The notes under the pieces are model-generated. The model was not told the DNA's origin and did no database searches. It saw only the letters and a list, made by a program, of their open reading frames with translations. The position numbers were made by a program, and so were the translations under genes. A stretch of 64,000 nt of DNA from Amoebidium appalachense (taxonomy: Eukaryota > Protista > Ichthyosporea): NCBI GenBank assembly GCA_963693365.1, contig CAVNZM010000004.1, positions 4,838,564 through 4,902,563 on the forward strand, read 5' to 3'. Below, piece after piece: positions 22,127-49,748 of the stretch (the stretch's first letter is position 1; each line of letters starts with the position of its first letter).

Positions 22127-23599
22127 ATGAACGAAGCTACTGAAGCGGCCCAGAATGCGCGCTACGAAGCGCTGAAGGGCAAGAATCTTCTCTGGCTCAC
22201 CTGCTATTACACAGCAGACAACTACGACAGTCTCAAGCCAATCGTCCAAAATGTTGCGAGCTTGGGTGTACTCCTGCACTGTGTTGTGGGCACCACAGAT
22301 GCGGACAAGGCTTTGGGCGAGAAGATGACCGCCGATGGAATAGCGGCAGGTGTTATTGTAGCTGACATGTCTGGCGAGGACTCGGCAGAAAACATCTACA
22401 ACGCGGCTGTGGCTACAGGAATTACTTACGCTGCCGTCTTCTCCCCACATGAGGTTATGCAGCAGATAGTCGGAGAGCTTGTGGAGAAAATGGTTCTTCC
22501 CGGTGACGGGAGCCAACCGTACAAAAACGCGAGAGACAAGCGTGCATCACGCCAGGTATGCACGGATGCGGGCATTCCGAGCCCGCTTTTCGGACGGATT
22601 TCAACGGCGAGCGACATAGAGAAAGTTGTTGAACATGTGGGGCTCCCCATCGTTTTGAAACCGTCGGCTGGCGCCGGCTCTGAGGGGGTGTACAAGTGCG
22701 ACACTTTGGAGGATGTGCGTGCTCGTTTTGCGCAAGTCGAGGAGGAGGCTAAAAATAACCCGACCATGTCGTGGAACCCGGGTCTGGACGTGTGCATTCT
22801 GTGCGAGGAGTACATTGATGGGGACGAGTTCGATGTTGATATTCTCATGTGGGATGGTGAGCTGGTTTATTCAAACGTGATTGACAACTGGCCTACCATG
22901 GAGCCGACGTTCCTCGAAACCGGCAGCAATTGCCCTAGCGTGTTTAGCGCTAAAGTGCAAAAGCAGCTCATAGATTACGCGTTTTCCTGTGTGAAAGCGC
23001 TCGGATTCAAACACGGATGCTTTCACGTCGAGTGCAAATATTCGCGGAAACCGAGCCGTGCTACAATCGATGCGGACGGGGAAAAGATCGGGCAGCCGCT
23101 TCTTATCGAGGTGAACCCACGCATGGGGGGAGGAAGCACGCATTACTTCCACAAGAATGTTTACGGTGTCGATCTGTTTGACAATTTCCTAATGAGTTCG
23201 TGTGGTATTCCCATCAACCCTCCCAAGGTCGACAAATACCTCACGTGTCTTGCCGATTACGACATCTGTGCGACAAAGACCGGTGTTCTGCTCAACACTA
23301 GGTGGTTGGATCACATTAAGGACCACCCACAGATTGTTAAATGTGCCATGCACGTCGAAGCGGGGGCCAAAGTTAGGGGTGCGGATACAGGCCTGCCCGA
23401 GTGGTTGGGCATGTTGATGCTCAAAGGAAACACACCGGAAGAGGTCGTTTCTACTATGCGCAGGATCGCGGCAACGATTGATCCACCCATCGTGCCGGAG
23501 GGGAGGGAGAAAACGGTCGGGGATGGAAAGGCGGAGGAGAGTTTGTATGTGCCCCCTACGGAGGCTCCTTCTAGGAGGCGGTCCTCTCACCTTATCTGA
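22127..23599 (+). CDS. ATP-grasp ligase, carnosine synthase / L-amino-acid ligase-like (490 aa, intronless)
   Basis: Uninterrupted ORF with ARDK, GIPSP, PIVLKPSAGAGSEGV, EEYIDGDEFDVD, DNWPT..P.FLETG..CPS, GCFHVE and LIEVNPRMGG. Confidence 0.93.
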   Translation: MNEATEAAQNARYEALKGKNLLWLTCYYTADNYDSLKPIVQNVASLGVLLHCVVGTTDADKALGEKMTADGIAAGVIVADMSGEDSAENIYNAAVATGITYAAVFSPHEVMQQIVGELVEKMVLPGDGSQPYKNARDKRASRQVCTDAGIPSPLFGRISTASDIEKVVEHVGLPIVLKPSAGAGSEGVYKCDTLEDVRARFAQVEEEAKNNPTMSWNPGLDVCILCEEYIDGDEFDVDILMWDGELVYSNVIDNWPTMEPTFLETGSNCPSVFSAKVQKQLIDYAFSCVKALGFKHGCFHVECKYSRKPSRATIDADGEKIGQPLLIEVNPRMGGGSTHYFHKNVYGVDLFDNFLMSSCGIPINPPKVDKYLTCLADYDICATKTGVLLNTRWLDHIKDHPQIVKCAMHVEAGAKVRGADTGLPEWLGMLMLKGNTPEEVVSTMRRIAATIDPPIVPEGREKTVGDGKAEESLYVPPTEAPSRRRSSHLI

Positions 23600-24088
23600 A
23601 GGGAGGGGAGGGGGAGGGGGGGGTCAGGTGTGTGTGTCGGGGGGTAGTGGTGGTGGTGGTGTGTGTGTGTGTGGGGGGGGGGGGGGGGAGGGGGGGGGGG
23701 AGGTTGAAACTTTGAGCCCACATGCGGAATTTGCAGTTTGCGGTACACAAGAGTTCCCAAGGGGTTACGGTTGTGCATGTTGGCACAATATAGGCACCTA
23801 AAAATCCAAAATTTTAGATATCAACTAAAATCGGTGTTTCATAGCACCGTGTTAGTAACCTTGGATTCCAAACCTGGTAGATACCGATGGATTTGTAGCT
23901 TTTGTTGCTGTTTGGTCGATAGAGACTGGGGTATTTTGGTGGAATGGGTGGGGCTTTGTACATGACCAATGCCGAGAATGGTTTAATTTTTTACAGTTTT
24001 GAATGTTGTCCTTCAAAGCCAGAAGTATTCTTAACCAATCTTTTGATTTTCTTGACTTTGGTACAGAGTTTAACCAGAATTTTTTCAT

Positions 24089-24128
<40 letters not shown>

Positions 24129-25362
24129 AGCCGATATTTTGCCGTGGTATGGTACGTTGTTCTGGACTGTCTGTGAGATATTGATACTCTGATGTAGTTT
24201 GGTTGTAGTAGCGTAAATACAGATCAGAGATGCCCTCTGCCAGCTGTCTGAGACATAGTGTACGTGTGTATCCCCATAGGCCTTACCCCCCCCCCCCCCC
24301 CCCCCCCCCTCCCCAAGCCTTCCCCTTCCCCCCTCCCACCTCCCCCCCACAACACCATCACCACCCGTGCGCATGTATGCCTCTAGGTCTTCTTCCCCTT
24401 CCCCCGGGGGGTTGCGAAGAAGAGTGGGGGGGGGGGGGGAGGGGGGGGGGGGGGGGGAGGGGGCAACCATCCTCAGGGCCTACAGTTAGGTTAAAAAAGG
24501 GGGAGCCATGGGGTGGGTGGGTGGGTGGTGGTGGTGGTGATGGCTTGGGGTGGGGGGAGGCGGGGGGGGGGGGGGGACGTTGTTATCCACCCCTGTGGGT
24601 AAGCTGGGGAAGGGGGTGCGTGCGAGGGCCATGGGAGGAAGGGGAAGAGAGACAACTATAGTTTCAAATTGCAACCTATATTCAATTGCACATGTGCAAA
24701 CTTTCATAAACCCACAAAAAGCCTTCAAGTACAATGCGTAAGGTATATTTGGTTCGCCAGTCTTTCTGAACTATATACATAGTACATGTCAAGTCATACG
24801 TATATATGCACATACATCATATAATGCATAGATACACATCAGCCTCCTGGCTGGGGCTTTGGACATTCAGTTCAAATTTGGTTTGAATATCGACAACATA
24901 CATAAATGTTTTCAACCAATACTAAAAAAAGGTAGGAAAATTATTATTCATGTGATCTATAGAAAACTGGCCCCGGGTGAAATGCATCCTCATTCGTAGT
25001 ATAACATAAGCACCAGTTGCCTGTATGTTCACCTCAACCCGGCCCGGGACATGTACACTAGAGTGTCGAGTCTTGATCAGGGATAAAAGCAGGAGAAAGT
25101 GTATCATTATAACATTCGCCAAGTGTATCCTTATTATATTCGCCTCACTCATATTGCCTTTGATTGATACCCGCGTGCACTCGTATTCACCATAATCTTA
25201 TCTATACACATTACAGCCTTCAGATTCCCGCCCCTTCCACGTCCTTAGCCGTACCACCCACCCACCCTTCCACCCACCCACACACCCATCCACACGTACG
25301 TTCTCTCAACTTTTTGGTCCTACATATTCAATTCCCCCTTCCCTCCTCCCCCCTCCCCCCCT

Positions 25363-25403
<41 letters not shown>

Positions 25404-25556
25404 ACACGCACACACACCACCACATCACACACACGCCGAAACAACCCTACATCACCCACCCAACGTTCTCTCGTCCCCTCACAATACCCCCATTGCCCCC
25501 ATGCACCCACCATTCTACCCGCACTCCTCCCTCCTGTCATTTAAGACCCCCCCCCC

Positions 25557-25597
<41 letters not shown>

Positions 25598-25616
25598 CCC
25601 TCCCCCCGCGCTAACT

Positions 25617-26250
25617 CTACTCCCGCTCGCTAACTTCAACTTCGCTATCTTCACCCCTCTCACTTTCATCGTCGAAGCACCTCCCTTCCACCCCTCTCTC
25701 CCAACATCTCTCACAACAACACTTCCCAAACCCCTGCTCGTATCTGAATGCAAGCAATGGATTGTCGCGGAAACACGAAAGATCCGTCGGTCGCGAAATC
25801 GTGCAACTTGTAATATCCAACCGCCACAGCCCGCCCATCTCCGCCAAAGGGGATATGTCGTTGAGATAACTCACATCTTTCAAGTATATCTGACGCAAAT
25901 TCGCCCATCCGTGCAGCGATTCAAAACCGCCCAGATGTCTAATATTTTCGATTACTAGGACCTCTAATCTTTACGTGGCCGCGGTCTTTAGGCTGTCCAG
26001 ACGAGCCCAACGGAAATTTAGGAGGATCAGCTCTCCAGAGATTACAACATTACCAGTGCACAGTTGCTCCATAAACCTAGATCCAACGGTCATTCTGTCC
26101 AATCCGGGCACCCACATGCCATCGGGAACAAAATACGGAGGCCTGCTATTGTTGATATCAGATCGCAACGACCTGGAGATTTCGCGGACTGAGTTAGGAA
26201 GGCAGCTGGGGGTGTTTCCTGAAATGTTGACGTCAACTAGGGTAAGGTAC
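25617..26250 (-). pseudogene. F-box/LRR family copy C: orphan last exon with in-frame stop
   Basis: Acceptor CACAG at 26251 then YLTLVDVNISGNTP...PPYFVPDGMWVPGLD...KTAAT*RLEVLVIE...NLRQIYL...DLSCFRDNPLL, paralogous to 40939-41555. In-frame TAA at 25971. Upstream exons were not recognisable. Confidence 0.8.
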
Positions 26251-26568
26251 CTGTGTGCGGATTGGACGTTAATAATGGGGTGTGTGGCACGGGCAAGCCG
26301 GAGGTGGGGTTAAGGGTATGTAGAGTGTAACGTACACATTATGGAAGAACAACTCAAAAGGGATTTTTGCATGAAGGGCAGACAAGAGTATCCTTGTTTT
26401 TTTTCTTTTCTCCCTTTTATTTTTTTTTTATGTGTGTGTGCGCTCGTGCGTGTGTGTGCGTGTAGGGGGGGGGGGGGGGGGGAGAGGGGGGGGGGGGGGG
26501 GGGGAGGAATAACGAGGGGCATTATGAATGTGGTTGGTGGGGGTGAATTCATGGGGTAAGGGGAAGGC

Positions 26569-26692
<124 letters not shown>

Positions 26693-26727
26693 GCTTGTGT
26701 GTGTGTGTGTGCGTGTGCTTGTGTGTG

Positions 26728-26760
<33 letters not shown>

Positions 26761-27178
26761 ATGATGCGTGCGCCCGCGTGCCCGCGCAGGCACGAGCATA
26801 TGAGGTGGGCCTCAGGGGACCGACACGGTGACAGGCGAAGGAAACACTACACCTTCCTACTACAATCTTTAACGTTCTCACCCCCATCTCCTCTAACAAT
26901 GCCCCTCCTTTAGTAATCTGATACCACCTCCGATAATAATCTGACCTCCTTTCCCCCTTCCACCCCCTCCCCCCCTTACCCCCCTCCCCCCCCCCCCCCC
27001 CCCTTCCCCTCACTCCCCTCCCTCCCCTACCCCCGTCCCCCCCACCCCCCTCCCTCCCCCACCCCTCTCCCCATCCTCCTTTTTCTATGCCTACTTCGAC
27101 ATCTGCCTCCTCCCCTCCCCCCTCCCCCCGTCTCCTCCTTCTGATGCCCCCCCCAACCCAACCCCTGAACCCAACACG

Positions 27179-27216
<38 letters not shown>

Positions 27217-27735
27217 CCCCCGGCACACACACACACACACGCTCTCCCCAAACTCTCCTTGCACCGAACACACACACATACCAAGTACACACACATACCA
27301 AACAGACACACACACCCCAACCACACACATATCAAACAGACACACACACACACCAACCACACACACACATACCAAGCACACACACATACCAACCACACAC
27401 ACACAAACCCACACGCACACATACCAAACACACACACATACTAAAACCACACACATACCAAAACCACACACACATACCAACCACCCACACCAATCCACAC
27501 AGAGAGAGAGCAACCACCCACACCAACCCACACACACACCCCAGAGAGCAACCACCTACACCAACCCCCACACACACACATACCAAAAGCCACCCCCACA
27601 CACACACACCAACCACCCACAACTCATGAATGAGGCACCTCATACTATTCTTAACCAAGCTGCTAGCAAGCACCCAGAACAGGTTCGCCAAGAGAGAAAA
27701 GAACTCGAAATATCCCCCCTCCCCCTCCCCTCCCT

Positions 27736-27767
<32 letters not shown>

Positions 27768-27924
27768 CCCAAAACCTCCACCCCCTACCAGCCCTCTTCC
27801 GCGGACTTTGCTCCCCTCCTGCCCCCCCATTCCCCTTCCCTTTTCCCTCCATCTACGCACGACCACTATCCACACGCTGCCAACACACCATACTGATCAT
27901 GCCCCCGTATTCCCCGTCCTCCTT

Positions 27925-27962
<38 letters not shown>

Positions 27963-28070
27963 TTTCTTTCTTGCATCATCGTCATCATCATCATTATTAT
28001 CGTCGTCGTTGTTGTTGTTGTTGTTGTTATTTTATTATTATTATTATTATTATTTTTTTTTTTTTTTTTT

Positions 28071-28101
<31 letters not shown>

Positions 28102-28130
28102 GGACTTGGGCAACCACACCTACGGTTAGG

Positions 28131-28202
<72 letters not shown>

Positions 28203-28245
28203 GGACTTGGGCAACCACACCTACGGTTAGGCTTTTTTTTTTTTT

Positions 28246-28303
<58 letters not shown>

Positions 28304-28552
28304 CGTCGAGGTAGTTTATTATTTTTTTTACAACCTTTTTCAGGTATATATATGTGGATCCCTCATGTAATCACTTGCTTCAGTCCACTGTGGTCAGAAG
28401 TATCGTAGCACCAATGTTTATTCACAATAAGCCTATTGAACATCTACTGTATATGTAGTACATTCAAACGTCTCTAAAATATTTGTGGAGAACGTGTCAA
28501 GCCACAACATATGCACGTGCACAGGCTTCCATGGGGTTGCGACAATGGTGCC

Positions 28553-28615
<63 letters not shown>

Positions 28616-29351
28616 CTGGTCCAGCTGATACCGAGTGTCCCAGGGGAACCCGTTAAAAAAAAAAACAAAAAAAAAACGGGGAACCCACCTAATTAGTTTT
28701 TCTTCTTAGTCTATGTGGTGCTTCATAGAATGAGAAAAACCCTGATATATAGTCATCAACTGACATCTATGTACTTGATCATGATATACAACTGAGGGAT
28801 ATTCCGAGCAAAACCCCCCATACCTGAGACTGGTCTCTATTTGCCTCGAGTAAACAGCGTAAACCCTGTGTTTATATGTTCACACGGTAACTGATCACAG
28901 ATATGATCTATTTATTCTTATGGTGGCTTTACGTGCATTCTATATAGAATGCCACTGGCCTTATGCTGTACATAACTCCATGCTATTGTATACTAATTTA
29001 CAAAACAACATCAGCTCTTGCAAACAACGGTTAGCCTCAAGCCAGGGGGTAAAGATCCGGAGAAAGAAAAAGGGGAAAAAAGTGTATCCTGCTAAACCTT
29101 CGGTTGCTTCCAGCTAGTTGCTTATATACATATGATACTCCACGTGCGCACAGATTTGCTTTAACCTTTCTGCATTGAAATTCCCATTCAGACCTCCAAG
29201 TCCCTAGAGGTATCACCCATACACCCACATACACTGTCGACCCTAACCCTTGCTACCCCCCCCCCCCCCCCCCCCCCTCCCCACCCCACACACAGACACA
29301 GACACAGGCACACACACGCACACGGCACACGCAGGTACACGCGCGCGCGCG

Positions 29352-29435
<84 letters not shown>

Positions 29436-29541
29436 ACAAAAATCTCCACCCACCCACTCACCCCACTCCACCCACCAACCATACACTAGTCCCCTCACAT
29501 CACCCCATCTCAACCCAACCTCCCATCAAGTCTTATAAATT

Positions 29542-33603
<4,062 letters not shown>

Positions 33604-34825
33604 CTGCGGAGGGGAAAAGAGGAAAAAAATGCGAAACAGCGTGAGAGGATGGGCGAGAGGAATGCATGCATATTTGGATGTGTTGTGTAGAAAGAGATTG
33701 AAGGGCGGGATTGTACCATTGATGGAGGAGGTGGAAGGGAGGGGGGGGGGAGTGGGGGGGAGGAAGGGGAGAAGGAGGGTTAGTAGTACAAAATGCTAGA
33801 ATTTGCAAAAAGAGCATGCACACAGAGTGCCCATCACAAGTAAGGCCCATCCTCAGGCAATTTGGAAACCTTTTCTATCCACCGTGCCTAAGTTTCAAGC
33901 CATGCACCTCGTAGGGAAAGGGGCAGCCAAAAGAGAAGCCGGGGCGCAGGGGGCAGGGGGCGGGGAGGGAGGCGGTGAGGGAGGAGGGGAGGCTCCTGGG
34001 AATAGAATTCATGCAGGCAACACAATGGCATACAAAAGTAACATGTGCACTTTGTGCTCTGGTATGTGAAGGGCTAAACAATGGGGCAAATGTGGCTTGA
34101 GAATAAAGCAACTGAAGGTAAACAAGAACGAATTTCAGAGTGAGGGAGGCAGAGACAAACGACGACACCCACATACCCCCCTCCCCCCCCTCCCCTCCAC
34201 CCTACCTCCCACACCACCCCACACACGCGCACGACAACTGTTCAAATCAGCGTATTCCCTCTCCCCCCTCTCCCTCCGCCCCCCAGCCTTTTCTCTCTAA
34301 TCCCTCGCACAGATTTGCACACAGATTTCTTGGAGCTCGTAAGGAAAAGGTAAAGACAGCGGATGGCACTTCCCATAATGATGAGAGGAGTGCCCTTTAA
34401 AGCGCTTGAATGTGAACGCCTGAAACGCCTCGGGGGCTTTTCTAAAACCGGGGTAGGAGAGGCGGAGGGACCGGGGGAGAGGGAGAGGGGGGAGGGGGGG
34501 AGGGGGAGGAGGGGGGGGGGCAGCACTAAGACAACAGGCTACTCTCTCGAGCAAGAGCACACCGACAAACAAATCCCCAAGGGTGCTTCCACATGTTTGC
34601 ATTCCAAACAGACGGCGCAACAATGGCATGTTCTGAAGTCAACTCGAAACAACAAGCAGAGAAAAAACAAAACACCATGGAAATACGATCAGAAGCTCAA
34701 ACAGAACACATGCTTGCGTGCAAACTCGCGCACGCACACAGACATACAGCCACACGCACACACCGTCACCCTCACATACCCCCCCTCCACACACACACAC
34801 ACACACACGCATGCACGCACACACG

Positions 34826-34935
<110 letters not shown>

Positions 34936-35848
34936 CACAGGCGCACGCACACACGCACACACGCGCGCACACGCGCACACACACATCTTCTAAACAACAT
35001 GTTCAGGCACTGACCTTCGTTCCCAAAGCCCCCACCCGCCACCTGTTCCGTTTCCATCTTGCCTTCTTGCCTTATTCTTAGCCTTTTCCCTGTTCAGTGT
35101 CTCCGGGCTTTTCCCACTATCAAAGCTCCGTTTTGCCAGGTTCCTGCAACACCCTCTCGTGTCAAGTCTATAATTAGTCGTAAATGGCCGCACGTTACCT
35201 CCGGCGCCCAGGACTCTTTATAGAGTAATCCTCTGTGAGACAACAAGGGCTAAACCGGGCAAGATGCTCCTTGGAAGGCTCGTGTTTAACTTTTCTCAAG
35301 AAGGGGGAAAAAAGAAGAAAAAAAAAATGGAAGGTGAATCTTGTATAAAGTTTTTGGCGCCAAAAATAAAATGGTGCGGTTTGATTGGAAGCTTGGGGAA
35401 TGGAAACATTTTTTGTGATAGAAGCTCCAAGGCGCACACACGAGGCCTTGACACACACGCAACGGAACAGAGCAAAGGGCACTGAACAGTGCAAACGGTA
35501 AGGATAAGACAAGTAGGCACGATGGCAACGGAGAAGGTGGCGGGCGGGGACCTCCGGGACGAAGGTTAGTGTCTGTATGTGTTTTGCTGTTCGCCATTTA
35601 GATGATGTGCTGGTTTGCACGCACGCACGCGCGCGCGTGCGTGTGCGTGGCTATGGGTGTGTGCGTGTGTGCGTGTGAGTAAGTGAGTGAGTGAGTGAGC
35701 AAGTGAGTAAGCATGTGTGTGCGTGTGTGCGCGCGCGCGGTGTGTGTGTCTGTGTGGTGTGTGTGTGGTTTGTGTGTGTGTGTGTGTGTGTGTGTGCATA
35801 CGTGTATGTGTATATGTGCGTGCGTGTGCGTGTGTGTGTGTGCGTGTG

Positions 35849-35887
<39 letters not shown>

Positions 35888-37003
35888 TGCTTGAAGTGTG
35901 TGTGTATGCGTTTGTGTGCGTGTTTGTGTGTGTGTTTGTGTGTGCACGCGTGCGCGCGCGTGCGTGTGATCTCTTGTGAAATGAATATGCTAGTTTGAGT
36001 GTGCTTATCTGCTTGGTGTTTTCGGGTGAACATATCACATTTAGTTTTGTGCTGACTGGGCTTGTGCTTGCGCACTTGCCTGTGTTTGTGTGTTTGTGTG
36101 TGTGCACGTGTTGGTGTTTATAAGCATATAGAAGAGTATGTGTTTTTGTGCTTGTGAGTGTGCGTGGGCATGTGTGCATGCGATGTGCATGGGTGTGTGT
36201 TTATGTACGTATGTGTGCGCGCGCGTGTGTGCGCGTGCGGGCGTGCGTGTGTTTGTGCGTGCGTGCGGACCCGTAGGGGCCCTTGTGTGTTGGCATGTGA
36301 ACACATGTTCTTTGTGAGCCCTCATGCTGCATTCTGTTGGCAGTTTGACTTCAGAGTGTGCCATTGTTGCACTGTCTGGCGATGGAAACATGTCGAAACG
36401 CTCTTGAGATTGTGTTTGTTGGTTTGCTCTTGCTGGAGAGAATAGCCTGCTCTCTTCGTGCTACCTCCTTCCCTCCCCTCCCCCCTTCCTCCTCCCCCCT
36501 TTCCTCCCTCCCTCCCTTCCTCCTCTCACCCTCCCCCCCCCCCCCCCCCCCCCCCCCTCTCCCCCCGTGCCAAGGAAGCTCTTCCAGGGCCTTCACATTT
36601 AAGTGTTTTCCAAAACCACTCCTGTCATCGTCTTCGTATATGTCATCTTGTCCTGACCTTTTCCTCACGTGGCTCTAGCTACTCTGCGCGAGGTGGGGGA
36701 AAGAAATTAGGCTGGTTCTGTTTGTGGTGTGTGCGTGTATGTTTTTATGTGTGTAAGGGGGGGAGGGGGAGAAGGGGGGGGGGGGGGGGGGGGAGGGGGG
36801 GAGGGAGGTTTTGTGGGTGTCCTCTTTTGTCTCTGCCTCTCTCCCTCTGACCTTGGTTCTTGTTTACCTTCAGTCGCTTGATTCTCAAGCCATTTTTGCC
36901 CTCTTGTCTAGTCCTTTACATACCAGAATGCAAAGAGCACATGTGTGCTTTTGTGTGCAACTGTGTTTGATGCATGATTTCTTTTCCCAGGAGCCCCTCC
37001 CCC

Positions 37004-37034
<31 letters not shown>

Positions 37035-37296
37035 AAAAAAAAACAACAAAAAAAAACACACACACACACAAACACACACCACCACCCTCCCCGCCCTGGG
37101 GGCTCCGGCGTCACTTCCTGCCCCATACATTCCCCTACGAGGTCCATTGGTCCACTCAGGCACAGTGGATAGATAAGGCTTTGCCTGAGGATGGGCTTTA
37201 ATCATGATGGGTACCCTGTGTGCATGTTAGTTGTGTCTTCCTCTCGCTCCTTCTCTCACGCTGTTTTTTTTTTTTCTTTCTCTTTTCCCTCCGCAG

Positions 37297-41555
<4,259 letters not shown>

Positions 41556-41642
41556 AATCTTGATGGGAGGTTGGGTGGGTTGGGGTGATGTGAGTGTACG
41601 GTTAAGGGGTGGGGTAGGTTGAGTGGGTGGGTAGTAATGTGC

Positions 41643-41701
<59 letters not shown>

Positions 41702-41708
41702 TGTGTGT

Positions 41709-41763
<55 letters not shown>

Positions 41764-42438
41764 CCTGTGTTTCTGGATGTGGAGGTTGGGTGTTGGGGCG
41801 TGGCATAGGGTCGACAGTGGATGCGAGTCGATGGGTGGTATTGTAGGGAAGGGGGTAGGGGTGGAATTTTAAGGGCAAGATAATTATAAGCAACTGGAGT
41901 TAACCGAACGTTCAAAGACATGAGTTATTTTCAATGATTTTATTCCATTTTTTTTTTTGTCTGACCTTGACCACCGGTTTGGAGCTGACATGGCAAGTAC
42001 CGATGTTTACATGTGTTGTAGTATGTAGACGTGTAAAAAAAATCCTCTTTACATAATCCACGTAAGGCCACCGTTGTCCACTAGATAGGCATTGATGTGA
42101 AATGTGAATGTGCATGTGCGCACCTAGTGAGAGACTCTCGTGGTTATAAATATTCCGTTGTGTTGCTTTCGATGCTTTTTAAGGGTGCAAGTATGAACGA
42201 GCTAACATGGGAAGCACTGATTTAGATGTTGTGTTGCCAATGATACAGAGACGTGTACAACATAATAGTTATTTCAAATGAAGTTTAGAGTTAGGTGTGG
42301 TTAAAAGTATTCTGTGTAATAATTATGTTACAATATAGGCGCGCTCTGAGGAAGCAAATATTTACATAATCAAAAGGGAGTCTTGTATCAAAAAGAGAAG
42401 CATCAGAATCATGTGTGATCAGATATGGTTCCCAAAGC

Positions 42439-42480
<42 letters not shown>

Positions 42481-42762
42481 AACCCCATCCCCTCCCCTGC
42501 CCCGCTCCACGTACCACAAACATGCATGCATGTATGCCTTGCTGCTCGCTCTCAATTGCAGCCAATTCTTCGCACGCGCTATGCATGATCGTTGTGCAGT
42601 TTTAGCCCAGTTTTTTTCCAATATCATGTCCAAATACTAAAATTTGGACGGGAAGTGTCACAAAACAACTAAAAAAAGTATGAATATTGGGCCGGCACCA
42701 TTATTGTGCACACCGTGGGCTTTTGGACGCGTTTCGATATTGTGTGCACGGTGCGTGCGTGC

Positions 42763-42830
<68 letters not shown>

Positions 42831-42839
42831 ATGCGCGAA

Positions 42840-42882
<43 letters not shown>

Positions 42883-43374
42883 GCGTGCACATGTATGCTT
42901 CATCATGAAGTTAAAACATTGATATTGAAGTAGTTCTTGGCAGTGGCCCCGACTATGTACATCCCCCTCCCCCCCCCAGCCCCATCATACTATGTAGTCA
43001 CTTCGAGTGCTGTCTCCCTGCAGGTTCCCTGATGTACTTCCAAATGTCGAAGCTCTCCCACAGCGTATGGGTGACCAAAACTGTGTTTTCGAATTCACCG
43101 TCTAAAATACCATCCAAGTTCCATAATTTTAGTACCATTTACGAGAAAACGATACCATCCAGTTTGTGTCACATGACTGCAATTTTTTGGTCGTACAACT
43201 ACCGCGATCTTAAAGTTAGCTGTGGCTTGCATATGGCACAGTTCATTAGCGTTGTCTTCTTTTTTAATTTACAGGTTTTGCTAACACTCAATCTGATGCA
43301 GGACATATTTTTTTCTTTGTACAAACAAGAACGGACAACGGGGATAAAAACCTAAAAAACCAAAACCAAAAAAC

Positions 43375-43412
<38 letters not shown>

Positions 43413-43628
43413 AGGCAGCGGGAAACTGCGAGTGCTATGCAGGTTAGGCCACACGGTATCCCTGCCTAAGGTATAAAATCGCACCAAAGTTGCAATTTTC
43501 TTTGTCCGCAAATAAAAACTTACTAAGAAACAGCATTCTTTCCTCAGACTACAACAAAATGATTCCTAAAACCAACTATGATTCAATCTTACCTATTGCC
43601 TAGTACGAATAAAAAAAACTGCATCCTA

Positions 43629-48828
<5,200 letters not shown>

Positions 48829-49623
48829 TTTCTATGATTTAACAGCAAAACATTAAACTCTTCTCTTCAAAGCCTTGGCTCTTCAGCAATTAACTGTATT
48901 ATTTAAAGTTTACAGACGGCTAACCTCCTGTTTGGAGATTACAGCAGATCTATTTTAATTTCAGACGAGATCCTCGTCAAAAATAAAAAGGCTGTTTGCT
49001 TGGGTTTCTATCAAAGCCTTGAAAATATACACTAGACATTACATAAGGATGTGATGCGTAGTACACACTTGCATCTCAAATTTGGCTTAAGTACCGCTTC
49101 AAAGCTCAGTGTGTAGGTCGTCGACAAAACGAAACACGTCCGTGATGGCCGCCTGCGCCTGGCGGACTCTGGCCTCCTGCGCTGGCCCGGTGCCACCGCC
49201 TGCGGCTGCACCGGGAAAGTTTCAAGAAGGAACATCGTAGTGACTCGTACTGTAGAGGAACCAATCGCGTCCGCCCAAAAACAACATATATGGAGGGCTG
49301 CTTACGACTGACCAATCATATGTGACTTTAAAATTTCCATTTATAGCAAGTGCGCAATTCTTTTCAACCCGTTCGGCGCGCTTGTCGGCGCGGCGGGCAC
49401 GGGAAAAGGCTTTTGCTGGGTATGTACCCGCGTTCAACTCACGGCCCTCTGAATAACAGATGGCCGTGGTTCAACGATGATCCTTGCAAACACAGCTCAG
49501 ATCCTTGTTTCGCCGAGTTGTACTGCACACACACACAAAACACACGCACAACATCGGTTTTCCTTGTTTCTTTACTCTTGCCCACACATACTATATCCCA
49601 CTTGCACGCTCCACACTCGCACG

Positions 49624-49737
49624 CCCACAAGCTATAGCAAAGGGGTCCTACCTCCAAGTGCTGCATCACGGTGTAAATTGCCCACAAGCCATAAAAAAGG
49701 GGTCCTACCTCCAAGTGCTGCATCACGGTGTAAATTC
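49624..49737. repeat. Tandem duplication of a 57-bp unit just upstream of the hydrolase start
   Basis: CCCACAAGC.ATA..AAAGGGGTCCTACCTCCAAGTGCTGCATCACGGTGTAAATT occurs twice, at 49624 and 49681. Confidence 0.9.
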
Positions 49738-49748
49738 ATGTGCGTAAA

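Noticed and set aside
49100-49240. GC-rich segment as an upstream coding exon of the GKAP gene
   Set aside because: No recognisable motif or convincing in-frame splice. It may be UTR or promoter.
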